64,000 bases of DNA from Pseudomonadota bacterium (GCA_031416315.1 JANOTL010000188.1:16107-80106); one strand, 5' to 3'; counted from the first letter of the stretch, positions 1-10,425 are shown. Notes: generated by a model from the sequence alone, not told the origin. Made by a program: numbers and translations.

Positions 1-2
1 TG

Positions 3-1697
3 GCGACGATCGCGCTTGCTCGCCCCCGATGGGGTTTCGAGTGGCGCACAGTCCGCACGACCGGCGCCGACCTCGTCATCGCCGTCGACGTCTCGAACAG
101 CATGCTGGCGACGGACGTCGACCCCTCGCGCCTCGAGCGCGCCAAACGCGAGCTCGTCGACCTTCTCGCCATGATGCGCGGTGACCGCGTCGGTCTCGTC
201 GCCTTCGCCGGCGACGCGTTCGTGCAGTGCCCGCTGACCGAAGACTACGGCGCGGCGCGCATGTTCGTCGGCTTCCTGAGCCCTAGCCTCGTTCCGGTCC
301 AAGGTACGGACTTAGGCCGTGCTTTGCGCGTTGCGACGAAAGCGCTCGACGATGGCGGCTCGGAGTCAAACACCGGACGCGCCATTGTGTTGGTCACCGA
401 TGGCGAGGACCAGGAAGGCAATGCCAAGGCCGCCGCCGACGAGGCAAAAGCGAAAGGAATCAAGGTGTTTACGATTGGCATCGGCAGCCTCGCCGGCGCG
501 CCGATCCCGCTCGCCGAGGGCGGCTTCAAGAAGGACGCGGCCGGCAACGTCGTCGTCACGAAGCCGGACGAGCGCGTCCTGCAAGAGATCGCCGTCGCGA
601 CGGGCGGCATGTTCGTGCGCTCCGTCGCCGGGGATCTCGACCTCGTGAAGATTTACGAACAAGGCATTCTCGCCGGCGTCGAGCGCGGCGTGCGCGGCGA
701 AACGCGCAAAAAGGAATGGTTCGAGCGCTTCCAGTGGTTTCTCGCCGCCGCCTTTCTCCTGCTTCTCGGCGAGTCCGCGCTACGCGACGTCGTCGCGAAA
801 GCCGCCGGCTTCGCCTTCATCCTCGGTTCTTTCGGGCTGTTCGGCGGAGGCGCAGCGCGCGCGGGCACTCTGAAAGACGCGCACGACGCGTACGCCAAAG
901 GCGAGTACGGCAAAGCCGCCGAAGGCTTTTTGGCCGAAGAGATCGAGCACCCCGAAGGCGAGCTCGGCCCCGAGATGTCCTACAACCGCGGCGTCAGCCA
1001 ATACCGCGAAGGCAAGCTCGACGACGCCGCAAAAGGCTTTGCCAAGGCCGCCGAGGCGCCGAATCCCGAGCTCAAGGCTCGCTCCCTCTACAACCTCGGC
1101 AACGCCTATGCCGGCTTGAAAAAATACGACGACGCCATCGGCGCCTACACAAAAGTCCTGGAAATGCAGCCCGAGGACAAAGAAACGACCGAGAACCTGG
1201 AGTTCGTGAAAAAGCTCAAAGAGTTGCAGCAACAACAGCAGCAGCAACAAAAACAAGACCAGAACGAAAAGCCCGAAGACCAGCAGAAGCAGGACCAGCA
1301 AAAGCAGGAGTCCGGCTCCGACTCGGGCTCCGGCTCTGACGAACAACAGCAAAAGCCCGAATCTGGATCCGATCAGCAGCAACAGGCAGAGCCGCAGTCA
1401 GGCTCCGGGTCGGACGAGCAGAAGCCCGAAGCTGGGTCCGATCAGCAGCAACAAGCACAAGCGGACCCGGGCTCGGGATCGGATGAGCAAGCGAAAGAGC
1501 AACAGCCAGCGCCGCAACCCGGACCGGAAGAGCAGAAGCCGTCGCAACAACAAGCCGCGGCCCCCAAGCTCGACGCGGAGCAGCAGAGCAAAGAGCAGGC
1601 CGAGCAGGTCCTTCGCAGCGTCGACGATCAAGCCCAAAAATATCTCGGCATGCCGAGGACCAAGGCTCGCCCGAAAAATCTGACGAGGGACTGGTGA
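3..1697 (+). CDS. batB: BatB/BatC-like VWA + TPR protein with Q-rich linker (5' truncated by window)
   Basis: The frame is open from base 3 (ATIALARPRWG...VIAVDVSNSMLA). It has a MIDAS DxSxS motif, VLVTDGED, a TM segment, TPR motifs (YNRGV, YNLGNAY), a Q/E/S-rich linker and a C-terminal DW. It precedes batD and batE. Confidence 0.9.
   Translation, partial: ATIALARPRWGFEWRTVRTTGADLVIAVDVSNSMLATDVDPSRLERAKRELVDLLAMMRGDRVGLVAFAGDAFVQCPLTEDYGAARMFVGFLSPSLVPVQGTDLGRALRVATKALDDGGSESNTGRAIVLVTDGEDQEGNAKAAADEAKAKGIKVFTIGIGSLAGAPIPLAEGGFKKDAAGNVVVTKPDERVLQEIAVATGGMFVRSVAGDLDLVKIYEQGILAGVERGVRGETRKKEWFERFQWFLAAAFLLLLGESALRDVVAKAAGFAFILGSFGLFGGGAARAGTLKDAHDAYAKGEYGKAAEGFLAEEIEHPEGELGPEMSYNRGVSQYREGKLDDAAKGFAKAAEAPNPELKARSLYNLGNAYAGLKKYDDAIGAYTKVLEMQPEDKETTENLEFVKKLKELQQQQQQQQKQDQNEKPEDQQKQDQQKQESGSDSGSGSDEQQQKPESGSDQQQQAEPQSGSGSDEQKPEAGSDQQQQAQADPGSGSDEQAKEQQPAPQPGPEEQKPSQQQAAAPKLDAEQQSKEQAEQVLRSVDDQAQKYLGMPRTKARPKNLTRDW
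1228..1500 (+). repeat. Low-complexity imperfect repeats (QQQK / ESGSD / GSGSD) in the BatB/C linker
   Basis: Poly-Q followed by several (E/D)SGSGSD(E)QQQ-like units is visible in both protein and DNA. Confidence 0.75.
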
Positions 1698-3532
1698 TGC
1701 GTCACTCAGCGCTACGCGCGCTCCTTACGGCATTTCTCGTTGCGATCGCGGCGCCGGCGGCCGTGGCCGGCACCATCAGCGCCGAGCTCGACCGCGCCGC
1801 TGGCACGCTCGGGGAGTCCTTCCTCCTCACCGTGTCGATCGCGGGCTCGCGTGATTCCGATCTCGAGGTGCCCGACGTCGCCGGCCTCGTCTTGCGCCGC
1901 CAAGGCGTGAGTCAGCAGACGACCATCGTCAACGGACGAATTCAAATGGAAGTGCACGTCACCTTCGCCATTTACCCGCAACAAGCCGGGGAGTTCACCA
2001 TCCCGAGCCTAACCATCCAGCTCGACGGCCAGAAGGAGTCCTCGCTGCCGCTCACTCTGCGCGTCGACGCGACAGGCACCGCTCAGGGCGGGGCGGCAGG
2101 GCAGGGGAGTGGGGCGGCAGGACAAGGGAGCGGCTCGGCCAGCGGCACGGCAGCTGCCGCGCAAGCCGCGGCCGACACCGGCGGCGTCTTCCTGGAGCGC
2201 GAGTGCACGACCGCGTCGCCGCTCGTCGGCCAGCAGATTCCCTGCGTCGTCCGCATCTATCACCGCGGCAACCTGAACGGCGGCCAACGCTTGAATCAGA
2301 GCTCCGCCGATTTTCGCCGCTTCAACGTCGACGGCGAGAAGCGCTACCAAAAGATCGTCAGCGGGCAACGCTACGCCGTCATCGAGCTGAAGGAGATCGT
2401 CGTCCCGACGCGCGCCGGCGCGCTCGACCTCCCCCCGTACGCTCTCGACGCGCACGTCCTCGTCGCCAATCGCCGCGGCAATCCGTTCGAGAAATTCCTC
2501 GACCGCTTCGGCGGCGGCGGTTTCAACTTCGACATGGGCTTCACGGAGGAAAAGCAGATTACCGTGCAGACGGCGCCCACGCCCTTCGAGGTCAGAGCCC
2601 TCCCGGACGCGGGCAAGCCCGCGGCGTTCAACGGGCTCGTCGGTGACTTCAAGCTTTCGGTCAGTGTCAGCAAATCGAGCATCGCGGCCGGCGAAACAGT
2701 TACCATAACCATAACAATTGTCGGTGACGGGATTCTAGACCAGGTCGACCAACTTCCCCTCTCCCTCGAGCAGATCGGCCGCGTCTATCCCGACAAGCCC
2801 GAATACACCGAGCAGGTGAGCGGCGACTCCGGCATCCATTCCAGCAAGACCTTCAAGTTCGCGCTCGTTCCCTCGAAGGCAGGCAAGTACGAGCTCGGCG
2901 ATGTCAACCTCCCGATCTATAACCCGAAACTCGAGCAGTACGTCACGCTCAACGCGCCCCTCGGTCCCTTGATCGTCGACCCGGGCAAGGCCGAAGAGAA
3001 GCCGCTCGTGGTTGGAAGTCAGGGCCCCGACGTGCCCAATCGCAGCGACGTCAAAGTCCTCGCTCAAGACCTCCTCGGCCCGCACGCTCCGGCGCTTCTC
3101 GATCGCAATGACGAGCTCACTCCGGGGGCTTTGGGCGCGCTCGCCGGCAGCGGCGCGGGGTCGATGCTGCTCTCACTCGCGTTGGTCGGCGCCGGGCGCC
3201 TGCGCCGCAGACGCGGAGCCTCGCCGGAGCGCGAGCGCCGCTCGAAAGCGCTCACCACCTACCGCGAGCAGAAGGGCAAGACGCCGACCGAAGCCTATCG
3301 CGCCTTCCGCTCCTATCTCGGCGACAAGTTGGGCCTCGCCGGCGCCGCCCTGACGTCGAGGGACGTCCTCGACCAGCTCGGCAAGCTTGGACTCGCGGAG
3401 GACGGCCTCCGCCGCGCGAAGAGCCTCGTCGAGCGCTTCGATCAAGCCGAGTTCAGCGGCACGTTCGGCGGCAACGCCGACGCTCTCGGCCGAGAGCTGG
3501 ACGAGCTCGTGCAGGAGATCGAAAAACGATGA
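1694..3532 (+). CDS. batD: BatD family protein
   Basis: Signal peptide, repeated beta-rich BatD modules (GEFTIPSLTIQ, FNGLVGDF) and a C-terminal TM. It overlaps the upstream stop codon. Confidence 0.9.
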   Translation: MMRHSALRALLTAFLVAIAAPAAVAGTISAELDRAAGTLGESFLLTVSIAGSRDSDLEVPDVAGLVLRRQGVSQQTTIVNGRIQMEVHVTFAIYPQQAGEFTIPSLTIQLDGQKESSLPLTLRVDATGTAQGGAAGQGSGAAGQGSGSASGTAAAAQAAADTGGVFLERECTTASPLVGQQIPCVVRIYHRGNLNGGQRLNQSSADFRRFNVDGEKRYQKIVSGQRYAVIELKEIVVPTRAGALDLPPYALDAHVLVANRRGNPFEKFLDRFGGGGFNFDMGFTEEKQITVQTAPTPFEVRALPDAGKPAAFNGLVGDFKLSVSVSKSSIAAGETVTITITIVGDGILDQVDQLPLSLEQIGRVYPDKPEYTEQVSGDSGIHSSKTFKFALVPSKAGKYELGDVNLPIYNPKLEQYVTLNAPLGPLIVDPGKAEEKPLVVGSQGPDVPNRSDVKVLAQDLLGPHAPALLDRNDELTPGALGALAGSGAGSMLLSLALVGAGRLRRRRGASPERERRSKALTTYREQKGKTPTEAYRAFRSYLGDKLGLAGAALTSRDVLDQLGKLGLAEDGLRRAKSLVERFDQAEFSGTFGGNADALGRELDELVQEIEKR

Positions 3533-4263
3533 TCAAACGCTGCCTCTTTGTGCTGGCGATCTTGCTCGCCAACCCCAATCTCCAGGCCGGCGAGGGCCCA
3601 GCTGCCGCTGCACTGGCTTTTGACGCGGGCGACTACGATCGCGCGATCACCCTTTATGAGGCGTCCATTGGCCAGGGCGCCAAGAGCGGTCACCTCTACT
3701 ACAACCTCGGTATCGCCTATTACCGCAAGGAGCGCGTTGGGGACGCCATGGCCGCCTTCCTCGGCGCGCGACGCTTGCTTCCTCGCGACCCTGACGTCAA
3801 AGCGAATCTCCGCTTCGTCACGGCAAAAATCCGCGACAAGCTCGAGATCGAGCAGCCCACCTCCGGCTTCCGCGCCCTGACCTTCTGGACGGCCGCCACG
3901 ACGCCTCGCGAGCTCGGCTGGGTCTTCGCCGTGACGGGCGTGCTCGCCGGATTGGGCGTCGCCCTCACGGTCGTCGTACCCCGATTCGCGACGGCGCGCC
4001 GTTGGGCCTTGAGCGGTTTCACCGTTCCCGTCGCTGCGGCCCTGGCGCTCGCCATCTCGATCGGCGAGTCCCAGCGCTGGGGCGCCGTCACCGCCAGCCA
4101 GGCCACCGTCTACTCAGGCCCCGACAAGAAGACCGTGCTCTTCGAGCTCGGCGAAGGCGCCCCCTTCGCGGTCGAGGACCGCAGTGAGCAAGGCTTCTGG
4201 CGCATTGCCCTTTCCGATGGCAAAAAGGGATGGGTCTCCGGCTCCGACGTGAAGGTCTTCTGA
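3529..4263 (+). CDS. batE: BatE-like TPR + SH3 protein
   Basis: TPR (LYYNLGIAYY...PRDPDVKANL), two TMs and an SH3b-like C-terminus (WRIALSDGKKGWV). ATGA overlap with batD. Confidence 0.85.
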   Translation: MIKRCLFVLAILLANPNLQAGEGPAAAALAFDAGDYDRAITLYEASIGQGAKSGHLYYNLGIAYYRKERVGDAMAAFLGARRLLPRDPDVKANLRFVTAKIRDKLEIEQPTSGFRALTFWTAATTPRELGWVFAVTGVLAGLGVALTVVVPRFATARRWALSGFTVPVAAALALAISIGESQRWGAVTASQATVYSGPDKKTVLFELGEGAPFAVEDRSEQGFWRIALSDGKKGWVSGSDVKVF

Positions 4264-4264
4264 C

Positions 4265-4936
4265 ATGCCTTACAAGCTTCCCTATCTCGAGGCGCTGCTC
4301 TCGAGCGGCGTCCTGCGCTTCGGCGAGTTTCAAACCAAGTCAGGCCGCCTGAGCCCCTACTTTTTCAATACCGGTCGTCTCGATACCGGCGAGAGCTTGG
4401 GCCGCGTCGCCGGCTTCTACGCCGAAGCGATCGCCGCCCACTTCGGCCCCAAAGGCGTGATGAACCTCTTCGGGCCCGCATACAAGGGTATTCCGCTCGC
4501 CGTGATGACCTCGGAGCGCTTGAGCCAAAGGCTCGGCCGCGAGGTTAGCTTCACCTTCAATAGGAAGGAGGTGAAGGACCACGGCGAGGGCGGAAGCCTC
4601 GTCGGCCGGGGCTATGCCGGGGGCGAGAAGGTCGTCATCATCGAAGACGTGATCACCGGCGGCACCAGCTTCCGCGAGACGTTCCCGATCCTCCGCGCCG
4701 CAGGCGTCGACGTCGTCGGCTTCGTCGTCGGCGTCGACCGCGAAGAGCGCGGCACCGATCCGTCGAAGTCGGCGCTACGCGAGGTCGAAGACACCTACGG
4801 CGTCCCCGGTTTGGCGCTGCTCAAGATGACCGAGATCGTGGCGATTCTCGAGGAGAAGGACGTCCTCGGCCAGCGTTGGATCGACCCGCCGACCAAAGCC
4901 CGCATCGCCGCCTATCGAGCGCAGTACGGCGCCTGA
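4265..4936 (+). CDS. pyrE: Orotate phosphoribosyltransferase
   Basis: FGEFQTKSGRLSPYFFN, GPAYKGIP, NRKEVKDHGEGG and the PRPP motif IIEDVITGGTS. Confidence 0.96.
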   Translation: MPYKLPYLEALLSSGVLRFGEFQTKSGRLSPYFFNTGRLDTGESLGRVAGFYAEAIAAHFGPKGVMNLFGPAYKGIPLAVMTSERLSQRLGREVSFTFNRKEVKDHGEGGSLVGRGYAGGEKVVIIEDVITGGTSFRETFPILRAAGVDVVGFVVGVDREERGTDPSKSALREVEDTYGVPGLALLKMTEIVAILEEKDVLGQRWIDPPTKARIAAYRAQYGA

Positions 4937-5098
4937 ATCGACCGTACGTCGCCTTGAAAACGAGGCTATTGGCCAAGGCTTCGCGAACCGACGGTGACGC
5001 CGGCTCATGCCGTCGCGCCGCGCGCTTGACGGCGCCGCCTCTGCATTTTAAGCTCACGAATATCCAGCAATTTTGGCTCCCCTTTGAAGAGGCTGCAC

Positions 5099-6256
5099 AT
5101 GCGCGCCGCACGACTTCTCGTCTCAGCGTCGATCCTATCCGCCGGCCTGTTCGCGGCGACGGCGTGTAAAACCGCGAACAGCGCAAAGTTGAAGTCCGAA
5201 ACCGGTGCCCTCGCCGGCGGCGCCGGCGCTCCGGCGACGCCCGAGGACGACGGCAAGAGTCCGGGCCTTGCGCCGGGCGTCACGAGCGCCACGAAAGGCG
5301 GCGACGCCGCCCTCTCCGTGGAAGATCTCAAGGGCCTGGTCGACGGCCTGGCGCAGACTTCGAGCGCGACGATGGTCGCGGCCAACATCTCGCCGTCCAC
5401 CACGACGGGCTTGGCGCTCGAAGGCCCGAAGAGCCAGGACGTGGCGCAGCAGATTCAACAGATCCAGACCTCGCTCGCCGAATCCAAGGCGCGACTCGAG
5501 CGCCTGAAAGAGCTCGGGGACGACTCCGCCGAGCGCGTCGAGCTCGAGCGCTCGATCGGCACGATGCAGGGTCAGATGCAGCAAAAGCAGACGGACCTGG
5601 GCGAGCTCCGCGTCAAAGAGCAGAAAGCGGCCGAGGCCGCCGCCAAAAAGAAGGTCGACGACGAAAAGAAGGCGCAGCAGAAGAAGGAGCAGGACGCGAT
5701 CCGCGCGCAACAACAACAGCAGCAGCAGGTGCTGGAAGCTGCCGAGCGCGAGCGCCTCGCGGAGCAAGCCCGCGTGCGCGAGCGTGAGCGTTTGCGCGAA
5801 GAGCAACGCCGAAGCATGGCGGAAATCGACGTTCTAATCGGCAGACTGCAGCAGCGCATCAGTTCGTCGCTCGGCGACAGCTGCTACGTCCGCGCCTGGA
5901 CGACGACGTCGACATTCCAGCTGGAATCCGAAGGCGCGCCGCCTTGGGGCAGCTACACTGTTAACTTCTATGCCGAAAAGACGATCTGGTCCGAAGTGAA
6001 CGGCAATCCGTTCCTCCTCAGCGCCGGCAGCAACTACAGCTTCAGCGGTGGCGTCGCGACGTACATTCTCTTCAAGTATCCCGATAGCTGCAAATCGAGC
6101 TTCTCGGTGTCGAGCCTCGCCGGCCAGTACATGGGCGAGAACACCTCGGGCGGCTTCACGTGGCGCATGTGGGGCGTGTTCAACACTGCCTACCGCTACA
6201 ACATGCACGGTGGTGTCAACCTCGTGAATTCGATCTCGATCAACCGGGGCTCTTGA
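5099..6256 (+). CDS. Hypothetical lipoprotein with coiled coil and beta-rich C-terminal domain
   Basis: ATG at 5099, signal peptide ending ATAC, long E/Q/K/R coiled coil, aromatic/Ser/Gly-rich C-terminus. Confidence 0.7.
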   Translation: MRAARLLVSASILSAGLFAATACKTANSAKLKSETGALAGGAGAPATPEDDGKSPGLAPGVTSATKGGDAALSVEDLKGLVDGLAQTSSATMVAANISPSTTTGLALEGPKSQDVAQQIQQIQTSLAESKARLERLKELGDDSAERVELERSIGTMQGQMQQKQTDLGELRVKEQKAAEAAAKKKVDDEKKAQQKKEQDAIRAQQQQQQQVLEAAERERLAEQARVRERERLREEQRRSMAEIDVLIGRLQQRISSSLGDSCYVRAWTTTSTFQLESEGAPPWGSYTVNFYAEKTIWSEVNGNPFLLSAGSNYSFSGGVATYILFKYPDSCKSSFSVSSLAGQYMGENTSGGFTWRMWGVFNTAYRYNMHGGVNLVNSISINRGS

Positions 6257-6322
6257 TGCAAGGCCGACGGATTGCGGCGAGCGCCGGGCTGGCCTCGGTT
6301 TGCGGCGAGTCAAAGTGAGTCT

Positions 6323-7207
6323 CTAGCCCAGGCAGCGCGCAATCGCCGCGATGAGCACCTTGCTCGCCGCCGTTCTTTGCGCGTCGGCGCGGTAGATGAG
6401 GCAGACGCGGTCCTGGAACTTCGGCGCGCCGGCGACCGGCGTCAGCTTCCGGTGCGGGTCCCGGAGCGCGACGCGGCCCGGCAGGATGCCGATCCCGGCG
6501 CCACCTTCGACTAGGGCCGTGACGAGCTCGAGGCTTGATGTCGTCACGGTGCGCGTGAAAACCATCCCTTTTTTCGCCATCTGCTTCTGGATCGCCTGGG
6601 TTTGCAGGAGGTCAGGATCGCACACGAGGATCCCGCGGCCCGCCTGCGCCTCTTTTTCGGCCGCGCTGCCGGGTCCAGTCCAGAGCGAGACCTCGTCGCG
6701 AGCTAAGAGCTTGATCACCAAGTCCGGGTGCTCCACCGGATTTACCACGATGCCGAAGTCGACTTTAAAGCCGATGACCTCGTCGGTGATCTGCCGGGAT
6801 AGACCGTGCACGAGCTTCAAATCAAGCTCGGGATGCTCGGTGAGCAGGCCGGGGACCAGGCCGGGGAGGGTGTAAAGGCCGACTGAGGGATGGCAGCCGA
6901 CGACGTATCGGCCGCTGAGGGTCGTCTCTTCGCGCGTCGCTGCCTGCGCCAAGCGCTCCCACTCGTGGAGTAGGACGCGCGCTTGGACGACGAACTTTTG
7001 CCCGGCCCGCGTCAGATGCACGCCGGATTTGCCCCGGATCAAGAGGTCGGTGCCGAAGGCGTCCTCGAGCCGCTTCACGGCGAGACTGAGCGAAGGCTGG
7101 CTGATCCCGAGGCGCTCGGCCGCGCGGGAGATGTTGAGCGTGCTCGCGATCTCGACGAAATAGGCGAGCTCGGCCGGCGAAGGCAGAAGGCGGGCGGATT
7201 TCGTCAC
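6323..7207 (-). CDS. LysR family transcriptional regulator
   Basis: N-terminal HTH (NISRAAERLGISQPSLSLAVKRLE) followed by a substrate-binding domain. Confidence 0.95.
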   Translation of the reverse strand: MTKSARLLPSPAELAYFVEIASTLNISRAAERLGISQPSLSLAVKRLEDAFGTDLLIRGKSGVHLTRAGQKFVVQARVLLHEWERLAQAATREETTLSGRYVVGCHPSVGLYTLPGLVPGLLTEHPELDLKLVHGLSRQITDEVIGFKVDFGIVVNPVEHPDLVIKLLARDEVSLWTGPGSAAEKEAQAGRGILVCDPDLLQTQAIQKQMAKKGMVFTRTVTTSSLELVTALVEGGAGIGILPGRVALRDPHRKLTPVAGAPKFQDRVCLIYRADAQRTAASKVLIAAIARCLG

Positions 7208-7214
7208 GGGAAGC

Positions 7215-7424
7215 TCACAAGTCGAGGAGGAGCTTCACGTCGCGGTCGATCGCATCGGCATAGGCGGACATGAGCTTGCCCAGATTCGATTTCGGGCGCG
7301 GCTTAGCGGCGTCTCCCGCGACCGGCCCGGGACTCTCCGCCGGCGGGACGACGACCGTCGGGCCGCCCGGAATGATCCGAAGCGCTGGCTTTTGCTTGTC
7401 GTTGGCTGGCTTCTGCCTTTGCAT
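7215..7424 (-). CDS. Small hypothetical protein (69 aa) upstream of lysR
   Basis: SD GGAGG precedes TTG/ATG (7427/7424). An extended -10 TGCTAAAGT lies upstream, and the stop is 7 nt before the lysR start. Confidence 0.6.
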   Translation of the reverse strand: MQRQKPANDKQKPALRIIPGGPTVVVPPAESPGPVAGDAAKPRPKSNLGKLMSAYADAIDRDVKLLLDL

Positions 7425-7567
7425 CAACGCGTCCTCCATCCCAGTCTTCGGCGACCGCCCCGCGAACTTTAGCATCAAGCCCGCGGATCAGCAGGGAAAA
7501 TTCTGCACCCTGCGGCATCGCGGCGGAAACTTGCTAGAATTTTCTCATCTCACCCTTGGAGGTCCGC

Positions 7568-8074
7568 ATGAGCATCATTCGTACGCTCGTCGTCGCCGCG
7601 TCGCTAGGCTCGGCTGCGCCGGCGCTTGCCGTCGTCGACATCGCCTTGCTCGGCGGGGTGAGCGAGTCAACCGTCGCCGGGGACGAGGTGCTAACCTCCC
7701 ATACCGCGTACGTCTCGGCGCACGTTGCGCCTTTTTTCACCTTGCCCGTCGCATTCGGCGCCTACGCCGCCTACGGCCAGGACGATGACGTTACAAGCCG
7801 CAGCTTCGGCCCTGAGGTCATGGCCTGGCTGCCGTTCCCCTTGCTTCGCCCCTACGCAAAGGTCTCGACGCCGGTGCTCACTGTGTCGGAGTCGGAGGGG
7901 ACGAGCACGGAAAAGCAGGGCCGCGATCCAAAAAACGTGCTCGGCAGCGCTGGCCTCCGCTGGTCCTCGACCGCGATCCTGCCGGCGCCGGCGTTGATGA
8001 TCGAGTACAAGCAGGGCTTCAGCGAGGAAAATCCGGTCCGCCAGTACCTCTTCGGTCTCGGCGCCGAGCTCTAG
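7568..8074 (+). CDS. Small outer-membrane beta-barrel protein
   Basis: SD GGAGG before ATG 7568, extended -10 TGCTAGAAT upstream, signal peptide, alternating beta-strand pattern ending YLFGLGAEL. Confidence 0.7.
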   Translation: MSIIRTLVVAASLGSAAPALAVVDIALLGGVSESTVAGDEVLTSHTAYVSAHVAPFFTLPVAFGAYAAYGQDDDVTSRSFGPEVMAWLPFPLLRPYAKVSTPVLTVSESEGTSTEKQGRDPKNVLGSAGLRWSSTAILPAPALMIEYKQGFSEENPVRQYLFGLGAEL

Positions 8075-8108
8075 AGAAAACGGGCCCGGCATTCCTGCCG
8101 AGCCCGTT
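8074..8108 (-). terminator. Rho-independent terminator of fusA
   Basis: Minus strand reads AACGGGCTCGGCA-GGAA-TGCCGGGCCCGTT followed by TTCTC, just after the fusA stop. Confidence 0.8.
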
Positions 8109-8126
8109 CCAGCGTGCTGAAAAATT

Positions 8127-10217
8127 TTACTTCGCGCCCTTGAGCTGCGCCTCGCGATGCTTCGAGACGATCTGCTCCTGGATCGAGCTCGGTACCGGAC
8201 GGTACTTCGAGAACTCCATCGAGAAGCTCGCCTTGCCTTGGGTCGCGGAGCGCAAGTCGGTCGAGTAGCCGAAGAGCTCGGCGAGCGGGATCTCGGCGAT
8301 GATGACCGTGTAGTCGTCACGCATGTCGGAGCCGAGGAGGAAGCCGCGGCGGGACGAGAGGTCGCCCTGGACCGGGCCTTGGAAGTCGGTCGGGGTCTCG
8401 ACTTCGACGCGCATGATCGGCTCGAGGAGGACCGGCTTCGACGCCAGGAAGGCTTCCTTGAACGCGGCGCGCGCCGCGATCTTGAACGCCATCTCCGAGG
8501 AGTCGACGGGGTGGAAGCCACCGTCGTCGAGCTCGATCTTGGTGTTGATCACCTGGAAGCCGCCGAGGGGTCCCTTGACCACGGACTCCGCGAAGCCCTT
8601 CTCGCAGCCCGGGATGAATTCCTTCGGGATCGAGCCGCCGACGCAGTTGTTCTCGAAGACGTACTTGACCTCGGAGTCTTCCGGCAGCGGGGTGAGGCGG
8701 CCGACGACGTGGGCGTACTGGCCCGAGCCGCCGGTCTGCTTCTTGTGCTTGTAGTCGAAGTTAGCCGCGATCTGCGGCGCTTCGCGGTAGTTGACCTTCG
8801 GCTGGCCGACGATGACGTTGGCCTTGTACTCGCGCTTGATCCGCTCGACGTAGATTTCGAGATGGAGCTCGCCCATGCCGCGAATGAGGGTCTCGTTCGA
8901 CTCGGGGTCGACGAAGACGCGGAAGGTGGGGTCTTCCTTCATGAAGCGGTTGAGCGCCTTGGAGATCTTGACGAGGTCGTCTTGTTTCTCCGGCTTCAGG
9001 GCGAGCTCGATGACCGGCTCGGGCACGAAGATGGACTCGAGCGAGACGTTCAGGCGATCGTCGCAATACGTGTCGCCCGAGGCGCACTCGACCGCGACCA
9101 TGGCGATGATGTCGCCGGCTTCCGCGGTCTCGAGCTCTTCCTTGTCGGCGGCGTGCATGCGGACGATGCGGCCGATGCGCTGCTTCTTGTTCATGCGCGG
9201 ATTGAAGTGGGTCTCGCCCTTCTTCAGCGTGCCTTGATAGATGCGCGTGTAGGTCAGCTGGCCGTAGGCTTCGTCCGTGATCTTGAACGCCATGGCGACG
9301 AGCGGGAGCGTCCGGTCGGGCATGATCTCGACCTTTTCGCCGCTGTCGTTGTCGGTCGCGAAGTAGTGACGATCGAGCGGGCTCGGCAGGTAGCGCTCGA
9401 CGGCGTCGAGGAGGAGCTGGACGCCCTTGTTCTTGTAGGCGGAGCCCATGTGGACCGCCGTCAACGTGCGGGCGATCGTCGCCTTACGGACGGTGGCGCG
9501 AATGAGCTCGGTGGAGATCTCTTTTTCTTCCAGCATGCGCTCCATGATCTCGTCGGAGAACATCGAGATCTTGTCGAGCATGATGCCGCGGTACTCTTTC
9601 GCCTTGTCGAGGTAGTCGGCGGGGATCTCTTCCTCGCGGACGTCGTCGCCCTTCTCGCCGTCGAAGAAGTAGGCCTTCATGACGACGAGGTCGATGATGC
9701 CGGCCAGGTCGGCTTCCGAGCCCATCGGGATCTGCATCATGACGGCGTTGTGGCCGAGCTTCTCGCGCAGCTGATCGGTGACGCGGTAGGCGTTGGAGCC
9801 GGCGCGGTCGAGCTTGTTGATGAAGGCGAGCGCCGGAACCTGGTAGCGCTTCATTTGGCGGTCGACCGTGATCGACTGGGACTGCACGCCGGAGGTGCCG
9901 CAGAGGACGAGGATGGCGCCGTCGAGCACGCGGAGCGAGCGCTCGACTTCGATCGTGAAGTCGACGTGTCCGGGCGTGTCGATGATGTTGATGTCGGTCG
10001 TGTGCCACTTCACCGAGGTCGCGGCCGACGTGATGGTGATGCCGCGCTCCTTCTCCAGCTCCATGTGGTCCATGGTGGCGCCGTCGCCGGAGCCTTTGAC
10101 CTCTTGGATCTTATGGATACGACCCGTGTAATACAGGATCCGCTCGGTCAAAGTCGTCTTGCCCGAGTCAATGTGAGCGGAAATACCGATATTTCGGACG
10201 TTTTCCAATTTCGCCAT
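8127..10217 (-). CDS. fusA: Elongation factor G (stand-alone, spdEFG1/mtEFG1-like)
   Basis: [38 protein letters not shown] and domain V motifs. It is not in a str operon. Confidence 0.98.
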   Translation of the reverse strand: MAKLENVRNIGISAHIDSGKTTLTERILYYTGRIHKIQEVKGSGDGATMDHMELEKERGITITSAATSVKWHTTDINIIDTPGHVDFTIEVERSLRVLDGAILVLCGTSGVQSQSITVDRQMKRYQVPALAFINKLDRAGSNAYRVTDQLREKLGHNAVMMQIPMGSEADLAGIIDLVVMKAYFFDGEKGDDVREEEIPADYLDKAKEYRGIMLDKISMFSDEIMERMLEEKEISTELIRATVRKATIARTLTAVHMGSAYKNKGVQLLLDAVERYLPSPLDRHYFATDNDSGEKVEIMPDRTLPLVAMAFKITDEAYGQLTYTRIYQGTLKKGETHFNPRMNKKQRIGRIVRMHAADKEELETAEAGDIIAMVAVECASGDTYCDDRLNVSLESIFVPEPVIELALKPEKQDDLVKISKALNRFMKEDPTFRVFVDPESNETLIRGMGELHLEIYVERIKREYKANVIVGQPKVNYREAPQIAANFDYKHKKQTGGSGQYAHVVGRLTPLPEDSEVKYVFENNCVGGSIPKEFIPGCEKGFAESVVKGPLGGFQVINTKIELDDGGFHPVDSSEMAFKIAARAAFKEAFLASKPVLLEPIMRVEVETPTDFQGPVQGDLSSRRGFLLGSDMRDDYTVIIAEIPLAELFGYSTDLRSATQGKASFSMEFSKYRPVPSSIQEQIVSKHREAQLKGAK

Positions 10218-10425
10218 GATGGAAGAACCCTAGTTAGTCAAAGTGAGGTGGAACGCGTGAAGACGGGGGTTTTAACACAAAGGCAGCGATTTTCAAGCCG
10301 AAAGGTGGCGACCGGCCCTCGCGGCCCTTTCCGAGGAATCTTCATGAAAGCCCAAGGGCTCCCCCGAATTTCTCGCTAAATCAGATTGGTCTTCTCCCGA
10401 AGGAAGCTTGGGAGGAGACGAAACC

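Noticed and set aside
8157..10379. 740-aa antisense ORF opposite fusA (and similar long shadow ORFs opposite thrS, aroA, sppA, ettA)
   Set aside because: These are in-register antisense shadows expected from strong GC3 codon bias, with no recognisable motifs.
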